This document shows, in pieces, positions 56,172 through 64,000 of a stretch of 64,000 nt of DNA (its first letter is position 1; each line of letters opens with the position of its first letter). A model generated the notes under the pieces. That model had not been told where the DNA came from. It made no database searches and saw only the letters and a list, made by a program, of their open reading frames with translations. The translations under genes were made by a program, and so were the position numbers. Source of the stretch: a virus; IMG/VR virus record IMGVR_UViG_3300037245_000806, positions 79,034 to 143,033 of that record; one strand, given 5' to 3'.

Positions 56172-56627
56172 TTACTCGCTTTTCCGTGTGGTCGCTTCTG
56201 CAAGGGCCACCTTGAGCGCACCCTCCGAGACCTCGCACGCTTTGAGCTTACCCTTGAGTTCCGAGACGTCCTTCGTGACGCGTTCGAGTGCCGTCTCGGC
56301 CTCACGCGCACGCTTGACCTGACCGTCAAGCTCGGACTTCCGCGACTCCGCAAGCTTCTTGGCCTCGCGAACCTGACCACGGAGAAGCTCGGCCTGCGAC
56401 TTCATGGCCCGCGTGCGTGTGACCACTTCAGCTTCAACGGCGTCATTGAGCCCACGCGTAAAGCCGTTGAAGAGGCTGGTCAACGCCTTCCCCATACCCG
56501 TGCGCCGCGCGCCATGCTCCACCTGACCGTCTGCGGTCGTAGTCAGCGCAGCGGCCTTCGCCGCACGCTTCTCCTTCTTCCGCTTCGCCTTCGCCTCCTG
56601 TGCTTCATTGCCATGTACGCCGCCCAT
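56172..56627 (-). CDS. Coiled-coil hypothetical protein
   Basis: Heptad-rich; RBS AAGGAGG. Confidence 0.65.
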   Translation of the reverse strand: MGGVHGNEAQEAKAKRKKEKRAAKAAALTTTADGQVEHGARRTGMGKALTSLFNGFTRGLNDAVEAEVVTRTRAMKSQAELLRGQVREAKKLAESRKSELDGQVKRAREAETALERVTKDVSELKGKLKACEVSEGALKVALAEATTRKSE

Positions 56628-56641
56628 CCCGACCTCCTTAC

Positions 56642-57721
56642 TTAGTTTGTGAGTATTGCCCCGAACTTCACCAACGTCCTATACCCGAGAGCCTCAATGT
56701 CTGTCTGCCGACCGATGGACTTGGCGCTCTTCGCTTGCGCCGTGATACCATTCACGAAGCCCCACAACGTGACCGCTTCAGCGTCCCGGCCCTCATCCTG
56801 AGCCTCATTCATCGCACCCTGCGTGGCCTTGTTGTCGAGCGCGGGACTGCCGCCGACCTTAGGGTTCGTCATCCAATTACGAATTGAGCGTATGCCCTCA
56901 GGACTCAGGAGCTTGCCCGCCGCAGCAGCCATGTAAGGTACAACACTTTCCACGCGCTGCACGGCCTCGACGATTGCCTTCTGCACATTGAACTGTACGT
57001 CCCCGACGTGCCGAATGCGTGTGCTGTGCTTGTTGTCACGGGCGACCATGCCGTTGGAGCATTTGAGCCTAAACACGTAGTCGGCGACTTTCGCGGAGCA
57101 ATCGCCATGGATGGAATTCTCAAGCGTCATACCCATCCTGACGACGTCGCCGGGGAGCGGTTCAGCTTTCCTCTGCTCTGACACGCACGTCACGCGCATC
57201 GTTGGGCCACACAACCAGCCCTCGCTCATCCCGAGATCGTCGGCGGATGAAATGGCCCACCCCAAGACCTCATCATTTGACACAGGCGCATAGCTCTCAG
57301 CGCCCACAATGCCGTCCACACGCTTGGACTCCGCGTCGAGCACGAGTAGCTTTTCAGGGCCTGAGTGAAAGGCCGCGCCAATCATTTCCTTGACCACGTC
57401 CAACGCGAGAACCTCATCGATCCGGGCGAGGCGCTTGAGGAACGAAACAGGCATCTTCGTCCAGTGACAGAGGTCACCGAAGGCCGCTTGCGAGAGCCGC
57501 CAATCAGTACCCAGCACGCGACCGTCGATGTCAAGCTCATCGAGATTGTCACCGGTCATGAGCGCGGTATTCTCAGCTTGATCCACGAGGGCCTTGTGAA
57601 ATGAATCGGGATTCGTGAAGCGAATCATGTTAGGCTTCGGCAGCCTGAAACCCGTTGCGACTGCTGCGACTGACCCGGCACCACGCATAGCTGCAACGGC
57701 ATCTTTCAACGCAACCATCAC
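56642..57721 (-). CDS. DUF932-like protein
   Basis: Y.PVSN.EV, LENSIHG...FRLKCSNGMV, RHVG and TLWGFVNGIT patterns. Confidence 0.65.
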   Translation of the reverse strand: MMVALKDAVAAMRGAGSVAAVATGFRLPKPNMIRFTNPDSFHKALVDQAENTALMTGDNLDELDIDGRVLGTDWRLSQAAFGDLCHWTKMPVSFLKRLARIDEVLALDVVKEMIGAAFHSGPEKLLVLDAESKRVDGIVGAESYAPVSNDEVLGWAISSADDLGMSEGWLCGPTMRVTCVSEQRKAEPLPGDVVRMGMTLENSIHGDCSAKVADYVFRLKCSNGMVARDNKHSTRIRHVGDVQFNVQKAIVEAVQRVESVVPYMAAAAGKLLSPEGIRSIRNWMTNPKVGGSPALDNKATQGAMNEAQDEGRDAEAVTLWGFVNGITAQAKSAKSIGRQTDIEALGYRTLVKFGAILTN

Positions 57722-57748
57722 TGTCTCCTTTCGGCGGGGTACGACAGG

Positions 57749-58849
57749 TTAATTCCTGCTTCCCCGTTGATTCCGAGAGCGAGTATGCCGCATTCGGCCC
57801 TTCTTGTCAATGCCTTTTGTACGTCTTTTTTTCGGGTCACGCGACAAACGCATGCACAACCGCGCTTGCATACTCAACTCCGTAGTGCGTTCCGCCATCA
57901 AAGCAGGCAACTCTGCACGCCGGTCATAGGGATCACCGTGGTCCAGCAGGAGCATGGTGACCTTCGGAACTCGGCTTTGAAGGGCGCGGAAAATTCGCTC
58001 TGCCTGACGACCCACGTCAGCATCGAGTGACACAACGAGTTCCTTCGTGCCCTTCTCCACGAGGAGTTCAATCAGCTTGATCTGCTCCTCACTGATCGTC
58101 TTCCCCATGAGCCCCACGGCAGCTTCGTGCGCCATCATGTCAAAGCCGCCTTCGACGAGCGCGACAACCGGAGCCCCGACCGCACTGTCGAAATTCAACA
58201 GGCACGTTTTCTTAGCGTGGTACCCGTCACGATTCTTCGGATTCTTGGATTTGGTCTGAAACTCGCCCACATCCCCGGCGAGGCGCGACGTGAAGTAAAC
58301 TAGCTTACCGCCTTGGTACACAGGAAAGATGATGTACCCAGCGTAGTCACCCGTGGCGCAATACCCTAGCTTGAAAACCTCGATCTGCCTTGCTGAGACC
58401 CCACGGTCATTGAGGTAGTTAATGCCACCCCGCAAATGAATCGGGCGCTCTTCCAAACGCGCTGATAGACCGATACACTCGGCTGGTAATTGCACGGGCA
58501 AAGGTTCTGCCTCTGCATCATCGACAGAGTAGAAAAGTTCGATCAAAGCGGTGAGCACATTCGTCGTGGGGGGCGTTCGCGCGCCTGATACAATCTTGAG
58601 TTCCTCGAAGCGCAGGACACCGCTATTCATCGCCCTGAACATGGTCTCAAGCGACTTGGCCCCGAAGCCACAGCGGTAACAAACCACCTTGCCCTTCACC
58701 TCGTTGACCCACAGCTTCCGCTGATTCGACTCGTCCCCGAGCCGGTCAATGCAGAAGGGGCAGAAGTATTGGTACTCAGGCCCGTCACCGAAGTGAGACC
58801 CGAGCCGCCGGTCGAGGTAGTCGATCAAACCCACGAATGCTTTAGGCAC
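57749..58849 (-). CDS. DNA primase (DnaG/gp61-like)
   Basis: CPFC...CYRC zinc finger, YLNDRG, IIFP and TOPRIM motifs LVEGGFD, SLDAD, GDP. Confidence 0.88.
   Translation of the reverse strand: MPKAFVGLIDYLDRRLGSHFGDGPEYQYFCPFCIDRLGDESNQRKLWVNEVKGKVVCYRCGFGAKSLETMFRAMNSGVLRFEELKIVSGARTPPTTNVLTALIELFYSVDDAEAEPLPVQLPAECIGLSARLEERPIHLRGGINYLNDRGVSARQIEVFKLGYCATGDYAGYIIFPVYQGGKLVYFTSRLAGDVGEFQTKSKNPKNRDGYHAKKTCLLNFDSAVGAPVVALVEGGFDMMAHEAAVGLMGKTISEEQIKLIELLVEKGTKELVVSLDADVGRQAERIFRALQSRVPKVTMLLLDHGDPYDRRAELPALMAERTTELSMQARLCMRLSRDPKKRRTKGIDKKGRMRHTRSRNQRGSRN
57782..57810 (-). promoter_or_regulatory. Sigma70-like promoter inside the primase 3' end
   Basis: TTGACA-17-CATACT. Confidence 0.6.
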
Positions 58850-59369
58850 GCGGCACCTCTATGAACGTCTGGTAAAGTGCGAGGTTCTCCCGAATACGCT
58901 TCAACGCATCGTTCAGCGCCTGCGGGCGAACGTCCAGCCCCATGGTCGAAGGCTGAAGGAAAATCTGAACATCGGTTTCACCGCTTTTGTACTTCGAGTG
59001 TACAGTCGGCGAAAAACCACTCACGAGCGCGAAGTCAACCGCAGCCCTGAGCACTGCTTCAACCTGCTCAGCCGCAGCGCTCATAACGGCCTTCTGCCGC
59101 TTGTACACACTGTCGATACACTTCTGATTATCATCCGGGCCAAACTCGCGACAGGTATTCGGACGATGCGCGTAGACAATGCAGAGCATCGTCTTGCGGT
59201 CGAGGGCCATGCAGGAGCCGCCCTCCCGTTGCTTCATGACCCGCTCGCCTTTGTGATCCTCGACGAGGTGCTCGTAGCTCGTACCTTCGCCCTGCTCCAA
59301 CGTCACCAGAAGCCCGTGACAACAGGCCCCACAACCCTCGCAGCTTTCGGGCGGTCGTACCAACGGCAT
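58842..59369 (-). CDS. YkgJ-family cysteine-cluster protein with a C-terminal extension
   Basis: CEGCGACC...CMALDRKTMLCIVYAHRPNTCREF. Confidence 0.8.
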   Translation of the reverse strand: MPLVRPPESCEGCGACCHGLLVTLEQGEGTSYEHLVEDHKGERVMKQREGGSCMALDRKTMLCIVYAHRPNTCREFGPDDNQKCIDSVYKRQKAVMSAAAEQVEAVLRAAVDFALVSGFSPTVHSKYKSGETDVQIFLQPSTMGLDVRPQALNDALKRIRENLALYQTFIEVPRA

Positions 59370-59370
59370 A

Positions 59371-60900
59371 TCAGCCTCCTCCGAAATTCTTCTTTGGTGT
59401 ATCCTTCTTCTTCTTGACGCCCTTGTTCTTCGCCAGATGTGCGGAGACCTTGCCAGACACACCGTTCTTCGCAGCGTTCTTCTTACCCTTGAAGCTCTCA
59501 ACGGCCTTGTGTAGCGTGACCGTCCGCTTCAGGATTGCTTCTGTGTCCTCCTCGCTGTCGAGCGGTGTGAGCACGGGCATGTGCCCCGAGTCGATCAAAC
59601 CCGTCGTCTTGAGCAAACACTTCTTACGATTGATGTCACAAAGGACCATGCGCCCGTCTTCCGCAGAGCGCAGACCCATGAGCGCCAGCCGACACTTACC
59701 CTCAAGCTTCTCGTCAGCTGTCTGACAGAATGCGATAGCCGCGTCCACGATAGCCGCCTTCTCGAAAGCTTCGGCGAAGTCGCCGAGGTCGAGCACGGGC
59801 TTGTCTAGCGTACCGCGCGGAGCCTGTGACGCAGTCCACACAGCCACGTTGAACTCGCCTGCAATCTGCCGCAGGTCTTCGTATATCCCGGCCTGCTCGT
59901 GACGCATCTCACCGAGGCGACGTTCAGGCTTCATGATGTCAGCGTAGTCCACAATCACGAGGTCGGGAATGAAGCCTTCACTGACGAGGAGATACAGGTG
60001 ATTGCGAATCATGCCCGGCGTGGCAGTACGCGTCGGATACCCCTTGACAAACAAGCCGCCTTTGATGAGGCGACCAATTCGTCGCTGAAGTGTTCCGACG
60101 TACTTCTCAGGGTCGCTCTTCTTGTAACTCACGGCGTCACCGGCCACCCGGTCGTCGTACCTTTTGGACACCTTGTCGTCAACCATCTCGCAGGTGTAAT
60201 GCACCACGTTCAGGCCCATGACCGACGACATACACCCGAAGCCGAGGTTGATGAGCGTCGTGGTCTTTCCACGCTTGGGGGGTGCCAGTACAACAGCAAG
60301 CTCGCCACGGCTGAGCCCACCGTCCATGGAGAAGTCAAGATGCGCAAGACCAGTTGGGATGATAGACGCTTCATACAAACCCTCTGCGGGTGTTATGTAG
60401 CGCCGCGCCCTGTTGGCAAGATCGTCCTTGAAATTCGTACCTAGATTCAGGATGTCTTCGCCGACGAGATTCGCGTCGTGAATGATAGGCATAATTTGCC
60501 TATTGCCTTTGTCGATCTCTTCCCCGGCCTCAAGGACCGCGTTCACCATCGCCTGTTGCTTACCAAACTCCACAGCTTTAGCGACCACGGTATTCGCGTC
60601 AGAAATGTCACGCTTGAACAACTTCTTGAGCAAGCTGCCAATCTGCTCGGATACGTCGTCGTCGGTGAGTTCCTTGCAGAGTTCAAAGAGCGTCACCCGC
60701 GTGGCAAGCGCCTTGAACTCGTCGGAATGACTGAGGACCGCGCCAGCAACGACCTGATGCAAGTTCGAGACAAAGTATGACGAGTCAAGCGCCGTCCGGT
60801 AGCGTAACGCAAAACCGCTGACTCGCGCCATCACGGAAAGAATGTGCTCTTGGAATTCTTCACCGAACTGCTCAGAGTATGTTCCGGGTTCACCCTCCAT
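59371..60900 (-). CDS. Replicative helicase (DnaB/gp41-like)
   Basis: PTGLAHLD..MDGG, APPKRGKT, HYTCEM, VIVDYADIM and VWTASQ motifs. Confidence 0.9.
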   Translation of the reverse strand: MEGEPGTYSEQFGEEFQEHILSVMARVSGFALRYRTALDSSYFVSNLHQVVAGAVLSHSDEFKALATRVTLFELCKELTDDDVSEQIGSLLKKLFKRDISDANTVVAKAVEFGKQQAMVNAVLEAGEEIDKGNRQIMPIIHDANLVGEDILNLGTNFKDDLANRARRYITPAEGLYEASIIPTGLAHLDFSMDGGLSRGELAVVLAPPKRGKTTTLINLGFGCMSSVMGLNVVHYTCEMVDDKVSKRYDDRVAGDAVSYKKSDPEKYVGTLQRRIGRLIKGGLFVKGYPTRTATPGMIRNHLYLLVSEGFIPDLVIVDYADIMKPERRLGEMRHEQAGIYEDLRQIAGEFNVAVWTASQAPRGTLDKPVLDLGDFAEAFEKAAIVDAAIAFCQTADEKLEGKCRLALMGLRSAEDGRMVLCDINRKKCLLKTTGLIDSGHMPVLTPLDSEEDTEAILKRTVTLHKAVESFKGKKNAAKNGVSGKVSAHLAKNKGVKKKKDTPKKNFGGG

Positions 60901-61882
60901 AGGAGCCTCCCCACAGGTGCCCTGACACCGCCCCAATGTCCTCTGACGGTTTCACGGAAGCTCTAGCCGGTGCGAGTCGCTCAAGCAGCTGCGCAAACGC
61001 TGGCCACGGAAAACGCATGCCGCCAACGTACCCGACGCGGTCAGCCAACCCATGGCGAACGCGTTCAGCGACACTGAAGGCTGCACGCACCTGCACAACT
61101 GCCTTGAGCACCTCAAGCCGTTCTTCGCCGAACGCTGTCCTGAGTACCACGTACCGCTTGAAGATATGCCGCGTCTTCGCTGTTGGTTTGGACTTGACAA
61201 AGAGCGCCAGCCAATTCAAGCCGGGCTCAGCTGCCTCGATTGCCTGAGCTTCAGAAACAGTCTCGCCGACAAGGCGCGAGCTAACGTAGTATTCTCCGAT
61301 CCGCTCTTCACCGCCAGCAATCCCGGCCAGCAGAATACCCTCGTCGGTGCAACCGTCGAAGCTGTCAACTTCGGCACGCTTGAAGTGACCGTGCGCCATG
61401 CGAAGATAAATGTTGTACCGCTTGCGTGCCTTAGGACCGCACAGCATGCTCGGCATGAACCGCAGCTTCTTCGTATTCTGCGTCGGGTCAGCAAGCCATT
61501 TCCGCAGGCCATGCATCTGCGCAGTGATCCACGTGGTCACGTCGATGCCTTCTGCGTTACACAGCTGGCGCGCTATCCCGAAAGACTTGACCCCGCGATC
61601 TGTCTCAACCCCGCGCGGCTTGAACCCGAAGTGCTGCCGGTAGTACCTTCGGTATGTGTCGTCAATATCCTCATCAGCTGGGGGTCGCAAATCATCTTCA
61701 GCCTTGGTGAGCACCTCACTTACTGAACGCCACTTACCTAGTGTACCGGACAAACTAGCGCACTGCGTACTCGGAGCGCTGCACGCGTCACAGTCCCTGC
61801 CCGGCCCACGGAAGTCCATACCAAAACAGTCTGGGCATATGTCTTGCGTTTCGGCCAACACAACCTCCTCGTTAGCTGCCAT
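60890..61882 (-). CDS. Hypothetical protein with an N-terminal Cys cluster, in the helicase operon
   Basis: CPDCFG...CDAC....C; 330 aa. Confidence 0.6.
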   Translation of the reverse strand: MAANEEVVLAETQDICPDCFGMDFRGPGRDCDACSAPSTQCASLSGTLGKWRSVSEVLTKAEDDLRPPADEDIDDTYRRYYRQHFGFKPRGVETDRGVKSFGIARQLCNAEGIDVTTWITAQMHGLRKWLADPTQNTKKLRFMPSMLCGPKARKRYNIYLRMAHGHFKRAEVDSFDGCTDEGILLAGIAGGEERIGEYYVSSRLVGETVSEAQAIEAAEPGLNWLALFVKSKPTAKTRHIFKRYVVLRTAFGEERLEVLKAVVQVRAAFSVAERVRHGLADRVGYVGGMRFPWPAFAQLLERLAPARASVKPSEDIGAVSGHLWGGSYGG

Positions 61883-61912
61883 TGGTTATTCATGAGTGCT
61901 GTAGGTTCTATC

Positions 61913-63511
61913 TCAGCCCTCAGGGAGCGTCAAGTCCCAATCCTTAAACGGGAGGAGTTCCCCATCCGCCTCCTCGCCACTCTTTGGCCACTCTTCCAAC
62001 ACGCGCACATCGTAACCTTCAGAAGCATAAGCGCCCGCACGATCCGTGGCGTGATCGACCAACTTGCCATGACACGTCGGAGCGAAGTCAGCGACCCACA
62101 CTTCATTGACGCCCTTCTTCGCACGCATCCCCCGGCCAATCCTCTGAATCGCATTCGTGTGCGCCTTCACACCCTCCGCGAGCACCATGGCGTCTATGCC
62201 GGGCACGTCCTCGCCTTCGTCGAATATCGTCGTAGCGAGGACAACCTTGATCTTGCCCTTGTTCAGCAGCTTCTTCGCACGCTCGCGCTCGTCGGTATCC
62301 GTGTCGCCCCACACGGCTAGGTACTCCACGCCAGCATCGTCCAGCAGCATGTTCAACAGGCCCCAATGCGCCTTACTCCGACACAGCATAAGGGTCCGCT
62401 TCCCATTATCCACGAACCACGCAACGGCACGCATGACAGACTCGTTGTGATACTCGTTCTCGACCACACCGAGTCGGTATGCGTCGGGGTATGCCAGCGG
62501 TCGCTGCACGGCCTGATACCGGCCCTCAATCGTTCGCCACTCAGTCTTCGTCGGAAGCGCCGGGCCAGAGGCATTCTCAGAAGCAATGATGCAAATCTTG
62601 GGTGCAGCCGAAATGCCGAGCGTGATGAGTTTCGTCGGCGCAACGGAATATGCGATGTCACCCGTGGCCCCGATCATCCGAAGGTCCGCAAGCTCCTTGT
62701 GCTGAATCGGTGTTCCCGAAAGACCGTAGCGTCGAAGCGCCCCACTCTGCATCGAGATCGTGTACCACGATTCACTCGACGCGTGGTGGCTCTCGTCGAG
62801 AATGAGCACCTCGTAATCGCGTATCATCTTCCGCAACACCGGGTCAGGCGGAATCATCACTGTGCGCTTCGTCTTCCGACTGCGTCGTTGCGACGGCATG
62901 AACTTGATCAACGTCTGCGCGGTGCCGACCGTAACGGTGCCGACCTCCCGCTTGCCGTCACCGCACTGGCCCACCTCAATATCGCCATCGTACAGACGGT
63001 TGAACCTTTCCACCGTCTGCCGGGCGAGCCCCTTACGTGGGAGCACAATCAGTGTTCGCCAGCCCCGCTCCTCCCACAGGAACCGAGCCATCAGAGCCAT
63101 CAACTCTGTCTTGCCGCTGCCTGTCGGGAGCTTCACGGTACCTCGCGGTAGCGCGAGGAGCGCCAAGGCCGCTTCGACTTGATGGTCCCACAAGTCTTGA
63201 TCCTGATTCGGCCCAACGCCCCCGAGGAACTCAGCGTCAATCCTGCTCAGGTCCAGCGCCTTCGTTTCAGCCATGTCAACAACCGACACGTCAACATCCT
63301 GATCGTTGAGACATTCGACCACACGATCTGTGAGACCCGCCGGGAAGCGTCTGCCGTCATTCAGGCGCACAAGCCCATCCCACCGTTTCTCCTTGAAGGC
63401 CCTACTGAAGAACCGTTTCGGGTCTTCAACTGCGAGCACGGCATCGAGCATGGCCATAGGCACACCCAAGAGTTCCGCCCATGCCTTCTTGATATGAATT
63501 GCCGCTCTCAC
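61913..63511 (-). CDS. UvsW-like SF2 helicase
   Basis: WDG..RL N-domain, LPTGSGKT, ILDESHH, GLSGTP, FDEGEDVP and QRIGRGMR motifs. Confidence 0.9.
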   Translation of the reverse strand: MRAAIHIKKAWAELLGVPMAMLDAVLAVEDPKRFFSRAFKEKRWDGLVRLNDGRRFPAGLTDRVVECLNDQDVDVSVVDMAETKALDLSRIDAEFLGGVGPNQDQDLWDHQVEAALALLALPRGTVKLPTGSGKTELMALMARFLWEERGWRTLIVLPRKGLARQTVERFNRLYDGDIEVGQCGDGKREVGTVTVGTAQTLIKFMPSQRRSRKTKRTVMIPPDPVLRKMIRDYEVLILDESHHASSESWYTISMQSGALRRYGLSGTPIQHKELADLRMIGATGDIAYSVAPTKLITLGISAAPKICIIASENASGPALPTKTEWRTIEGRYQAVQRPLAYPDAYRLGVVENEYHNESVMRAVAWFVDNGKRTLMLCRSKAHWGLLNMLLDDAGVEYLAVWGDTDTDERERAKKLLNKGKIKVVLATTIFDEGEDVPGIDAMVLAEGVKAHTNAIQRIGRGMRAKKGVNEVWVADFAPTCHGKLVDHATDRAGAYASEGYDVRVLEEWPKSGEEADGELLPFKDWDLTLPEG

Positions 63512-63975
63512 ACGCCCCCCAAATCTGAAGCGCCTTTTCCGATGCTGAACTGCCAGCTAAGCGCGCCCGCAGCCGAGCACTCGGTATTGACCCTCCCGTG
63601 GATTCGCCCATCTTTCAACACAAGGCGAATCTCCACATCCTTGCTAAACTCCTCCTTGCGCGCCTCGATCACCTCCGTGAGACCCACGCGAAACTCCTGC
63701 AAGTCCACGTCGGCTAAATGGTCCTTCTTCATCGCACGCTTAGCGTAGTCAACGATCAAATCCCCGATGGGCTGATTGAGCGCGCACGTGGCAGCCGGGA
63801 TGGTCAGACCCATCTTATACCAACCATGCACCGGGTCAGAAATGGCTTTCAACATATCAACCAAAGGGTGCTCGCCCTCCTTCGGTATCTTCCCGAACTT
63901 GGCTTCATCAACGGGATGCATTAACTTCCTCCTGCTCGATAAGAAGTCCTGTGCGTTTCGCGAAGTCCCAGACAA
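63508..63975 (-). CDS. Hypothetical protein
   Basis: 155-aa ORF with GTGA coupling to uvsW; start uncertain. Confidence 0.55.
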   Translation of the reverse strand: MSGTSRNAQDFLSSRRKLMHPVDEAKFGKIPKEGEHPLVDMLKAISDPVHGWYKMGLTIPAATCALNQPIGDLIVDYAKRAMKKDHLADVDLQEFRVGLTEVIEARKEEFSKDVEIRLVLKDGRIHGRVNTECSAAGALSWQFSIGKGASDLGGV

Positions 63976-64000
63976 TCCCCAGCATGTCAGCCGCGTCCTT

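Overview
This window is a segment of a large, GC-rich (~60%) tailed dsDNA phage genome. Essentially every real gene is on the minus strand; the plus-strand ORFs are antisense shadows. In transcription order (right to left) it contains five blocks. (1) A replication/recombination block: UvsW-like helicase, DnaB/gp41 helicase, primase, a UDG-fused family-A DNA polymerase, UvsY, gp32 SSB, UvsX, ParB, 5'-3' exonuclease, Pif1/RecD helicase, gp47/gp46, two Nudix hydrolases, a resolvase and HU. (2) A packaging block: TerS candidate, TerL, T4 gp20-like portal, a second HU and a MuF-like head protein. (3) A nucleotide-metabolism/accessory block: glutaredoxin-like protein, ThyX, Tmk and a structured tRNA-like RNA. 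(4) Two giant modular proteins (2081 aa and ~976 aa). (5) A tail fibre/receptor-binding and probable lysis block. The most striking observation is block 4. Both proteins are strings of ~35-110 aa mostly unrelated Lys-rich domains (SH3-like, wHTH, Zn ribbon, HiPIP-like, RMF-like, ChaB-like) separated by ~28 recurring acidic E-x-[ILV]-D-E-type linkers. These resemble T4-type prohead-protease sites, suggesting capsid-packaged polyproteins cut into many small ejected effectors. Other notable signals are a 13-bp palindrome T[AG]ACACAGTGT[CT]A present 9 times in one orientation (operator/stoperator/parS-like), histone-H1-like Lys tails on most replication proteins, an oversized tRNA-like RNA, and a lectin domain inserted inside a tail-protein repeat. 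All family assignments come from motif recognition by eye; no searches were run.
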